Of a DNA stretch of 64,000 bases, positions 59,875-64,000 are shown one piece after another; positions within the stretch are counted from its first letter, which is position 1, and each line of letters opens with the position of its first letter. The notes under the pieces were generated by a model. The model saw only the letters and a program-made list of their open reading frames with translations, was not told the origin of the DNA and did no database searches. Source of the DNA: Adineta vaga (Eukaryota; Animalia; Rotifera); NCBI GenBank assembly GCA_021613535.1, contig CP075494.1, positions 1,674,001 to 1,738,000 on the forward strand, in the 5' to 3' direction. The position numbers were made by a program, and so were the translations under genes.

Positions 59875-60624
59875 TTAGAGTTTCAGCAAGTTATGATCTT
59901 GGTTATTGTCTTCTTGAATATTCTCTTTTGATTCATCACTAATCGACGCTTTTTCATGAGTGACCAAATGCAAATGAAGTTCAGGAAGAGTAATGTGAAC
60001 TGATGATATCAAATTTTCAGATTGTTCATCAATGTTACTATAGTACTATTACACATTTGAAGTAATTCAGGTGAAATCTTCCGATTTAATTCATTGATAT
60101 TAAAGAAATGTTCCTGAAATAATCAAGTTTTATTGTTTAAATCAAAACTTATATGATAGATAGAAAGTATCACCTGAACTGATGACATATCCAAGTCCAT
60201 CATAATAACATTTACTGGTTGAAAACAAAAATGATCTCGAACACGCATAAGTACATTACGAATAGTTGTCCATTCTGCAATGAAGTAAAGGATAAAAGTT
60301 TTAATTAGTTTTAATTAGAAATAAAAAAGGGTTGATAAATACCTACCCTGTACTCGAAGATATTCAGCTAGATTACGATACAATTCGATTGGATCTTCAA
60401 CAGCAATTGTGTTACCGTGCCATCGTTTATCAACACGTAATAATGGTTCATATTGCCATCTTGAGGGTGTGGGTGTGGGTTAAGAGTATAGTCTGACCCA
60501 CACCCACACCCTCAAGATGGTAAAGAATCAACTTTTGAATACAATTTTGCATTATAATAATTTTTATCAATCTTACCAAAACGGCTGTAATGATGAAACA
60601 CCATCCAATCTCACCGTTGATCAT
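59875..60624 (-). pseudogene. Small multi-exon gene of unknown function, probably disrupted
   Basis: Exons WQYEPLLRVDKRWHG...YLRVQ|EWTTIRNVL...SSVQ|EHFFNINE... join in frame across GT-AG introns. The first junction and the last exon are frame-inconsistent. Confidence 0.45.
60456..60520. repeat. Telomere-repeat palindrome, perfect reference copy (25-bp arms, 15-nt loop)
   Basis: CCATCTTGAGGGTGTGGGTGTGGGT-TAAGAGTATAGTCTG-ACCCACACCCACACCCTCAAGATGG. Confidence 0.95.
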
Positions 60625-60835
60625 AGAATTAAAATAAATACGATCTTATATTGACTATAAAAATATATATTTAGTTTCAATACAAAGAGAAATAAATTTT
60701 CTAATGGTAGATGCATCTTTTATGACTTTTTTTAGTTTTCGTTGAAAGTAAATATTACTAAACTAATAAACGTGCTTAATAAAATACAGAATATATAATG
60801 ATAAAAGTATCATTCATTGATGTTAGTATGAAAAA

Positions 60836-63800
60836 ATGCAATTGTTTGGTATAGTCATTATTTTCTGGTGCATTGTTCTGTATGATAGTCGTATTCTTTT
60901 ATATGAAACGGAAAATATCACATCATCAACAGAAAAATTCGATTGTGTATATTTAGATGACATTTTTCGACTATTTTACGTATCAGAAATTCATTCAGGT
61001 AAAATACCGTATTGTCGACGAGCACATATCGAAGATGTTGATTTAACTGTGAATGAATGCCAGAATGAAGGAATTTTAAAATCATTTTCTCATCTCTACA
61101 AAACAAATATACATCCATCACAAGTACGTAACTGGAGATCAGGTATTGATGTAGCTGATAACTATGCTGCATATTATTATAAGAATGGTATTGATGAGCA
61201 AGATAATTTTCTCTGTCATTGTTCTTATTTAAATACATTTGGAAGATATTGCGAATATGAACTACCTGATAAAATAAATTCATTTGAAAATATTATCATT
61301 TCACAAATAGATATTAGACGACAATATGAATGGTATCATCAACTATATGGTAGTATACTTTGTTATGTCACATTGCCATGTGATTCATGTTTATTATGTC
61401 TCGATATTGGCGAGATATATGTGATGGTGAACAACAATGTCGAAATGGTTGGGATGAAGAAAATTGTGATAAACTTGAATTTAATGAATGTGAAGAAAAT
61501 GAATATCGGTGTACAAATGGTATGTGTATAGCTGAAGAATATTGGCTCAATGGTTAGGAATTATAAATAATTAAATAAAAGAATGAATGAAAATATGATC
61601 TATAATTTAGGTGAATTAGATTGTATGGATTGGAGTGATGAAAATTTTTATGTTGATCTTAATGAAGTTTATTTTTGGAAGACAGTTACAATAGATTGTG
61701 ATGAACATGTATGTCCTTCAGATGAATGGTCATGTGGAGATGGACAATGTATAGCTTGGCGAGATAGATTATTTATTCAAAATCAATTACGATTGAATAT
61801 AAATTGCCGAAATCTTCGTAATTTCAATCATATATGTGAATTAAATCATATAACAAATATGTGGACAAAACCAAATGGTTTATGTTGGACATTTGAATGG
61901 CCTTATGATGATCCTTTTTTAAGTATGGATAATAATGCACTCTCAGATGACGTTAAATGTGTTTATCTTATACGTTGTACTCTCTCGAATGGCTTAGAAA
62001 TTGATTGTTCATGTAATGGTCTCAATTGCTCACAAATTATATCAGATTTTTGTGATCCGAATATGTTTTATGCATATCCGCTACGTCCACTTATTCGTCC
62101 TTATGTTGTAATATATTATGATGTGGATAACAATTTCAAAGAAAAAATACCATATTTATTTATAAGTGGAACTATAAGATGTCGAGGATATCATGGTTTA
62201 ATCGAAGATTTAGTAGATTTTATACTGAATTTATACACATTAACAAATACTCGTTGGGATTATATACCATGTATAAATATGAATACGATTCGAAATTACA
62301 GTTCAAGTATAAAATATGATAGTAATTGTTGGAATAATTCATTGACATTCAATGGTCGTCCTTATGCATTTCATGATGGACAAACCAATTGTGGAAGTCC
62401 AGATAAGGAGATATATTCAACAAAAACTAAGCATTTTTGTACTCGAGTACGAAAACATCGATTTCAGTGTTCAACTGATCAGGAAACTTGTCTCTCTGTG
62501 CCATCATTAGGAGATCAAAGTATTCAATGTTCAAATTATTACGATGAATATTTCTTTGGAAATTATGAATTATTATCGAAAAAAACTTGTGAAAAAAACA
62601 ATCTAATTAATTGTCAAATTTTAAAAGAATATATACAAAATTCTACATGTATCTCTAATTATTCACATACAAATTATTTGCAAATGAAATCACTTCGTCA
62701 AATTTCATTTCGTTTATATTGTAATAGTATTTGGGATCAACCAGAACATACTGATGAATTATCTGAATATTGTCAATATTGGATTTGTCGTCAAGATCAA
62801 TATCAATGTCGAACAGGACAATGTATTCCATTAGATTGGGTATGTGATGGACAATGGGATTGTAATGAAATGTATTCAAATTTATCTTTTTCAAAATTTT
62901 GTAAAATAGAAAAAGAATCTCCATGTTTACTTGCAAATGTTTCTGATCCATTAAATGTAGAAAAATATCATCCATGTATATCTTATACGAAAATTGGTGA
63001 TGAAATTGAAGATTGTTATAATGCCTATGATGAAAAAAATACGAAAAATAGACCATATGTTTCTATTTGGACTATGTGGGGATATACGTATCAATGTGGT
63101 AATATGATTAGAAATCATATGGAATCCTGTACAAATCATACGGATAGATTTACAAAAATATTTACTTCATTAGAATATTATCAAAATCAAAATTGTTCCA
63201 AATCTATTGATGTAATTTGTATTAATGATAATCGTTGTATTCCAAATGGACGATGTGATGGAAAACATGATTGTTTATATGGTGAAGACGAATATTGGTG
63301 TGCTCCAAAGAATTTTCTTGAACAATATATATATCGTGCAGAGAAGATGAATTCCAAGGATATACAACCAGTTTTAAATGGACAAATATATCCAATCTTA
63401 CATAATTCTTCCATATCATTACAAATCAAATCATTAAATTCAAAAACAAAGTTTAATAATATATCTTCTTCGACATTTCGGCAGACTTTCTATTGTCCAT
63501 CAGCTTATTATGGTTCAAAATGTCAATGGTTTAGTAATCGAATTACTATTAGTACTCATCTTGATCTTAATACATGAGATTTTTCAATAAAAATTATAAC
63601 ATTATTTAAAATAAAAGTTAATTTTCTTTTTAATGAATTTCTCATTGATACTTATGATGAATTTTATTCTAATCCATCAATTGACATTCATCAATATGTT
63701 AAACATAAATTTTATTTACTTTATTCACGATCAAATCAAATGTTATTTCATAAAATAGATAGATTTTTGAATCGAACTGATATTGAAATAAATCATCCTT

Positions 63801-64000
63801 ATTCTGTTCATTTTAATATTTATCAATTGTATAATAATGAAACTATTCCTATTCCATTAGGATCATGGCATTATCCAATATATTTTGATTTTTTACTTGC
63901 ATTTCGTTTAGCAACACCATTACGTTTTCCAAATCTTACTCATCATCCATGTCGAAATCATTCATGTCATCAAAATTCTATATGTCAACCTATTTTTAAC
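60836..64000 (+). pseudogene. LDLa/EGF(-7TM) receptor paralog, frameshifted, runs off the window end
   Basis: Same architecture as 4208..8848. A 2-nt insertion at ~61406 breaks CLDWR.ICDG; intron ~61553-61610; TGA at 63575-63577; internal deletions. Confidence 0.8.

Noticed and set aside
8926-60520. CRISPR array or true chromosome telomere
   Set aside because: Copies are dispersed kilobases apart, inverted and short; there is no repeat-spacer period, no cas gene and no long terminal array.

Overview
Very AT-rich eukaryotic DNA with short GT-AG introns. It is most likely from a bdelloid rotifer; this is an inference from the gene families present (LDLa-EGF-7TM receptors, ART-TPR, NHL, kelch, FG-GAP, VIT-vWA), the many bacterial-type genes and the TGTGGG/TGAGGG telomere-type hexamers. 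The window looks like an HGT-rich accessory island with many pseudogenes and one full-length piggyBac. Three signals stand out. (1) A 1664-aa intronless chimera joins a eukaryotic signal peptide, a PDI thioredoxin domain and a polybasic linker in frame to a ~1520-aa Bacteroidetes-type surface/fimbrial protein, like a natural 'Trx tag + protease site' secretion cassette. (2) A family of at least 20 small (~45-110 bp) palindromes has arms made of telomere-type repeats capped by ATCTTGAGGG...CCCTCAAGAT; they occur in most intergenic gaps and some introns. (3) An LRR-NEL (IpaH/SspH-type) bacterial effector E3 ligase gene carries a CxN catalytic variant and one in-frame TGA. No rRNA, tRNA or CRISPR was recognised. 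All calls are by eye, without database searches.
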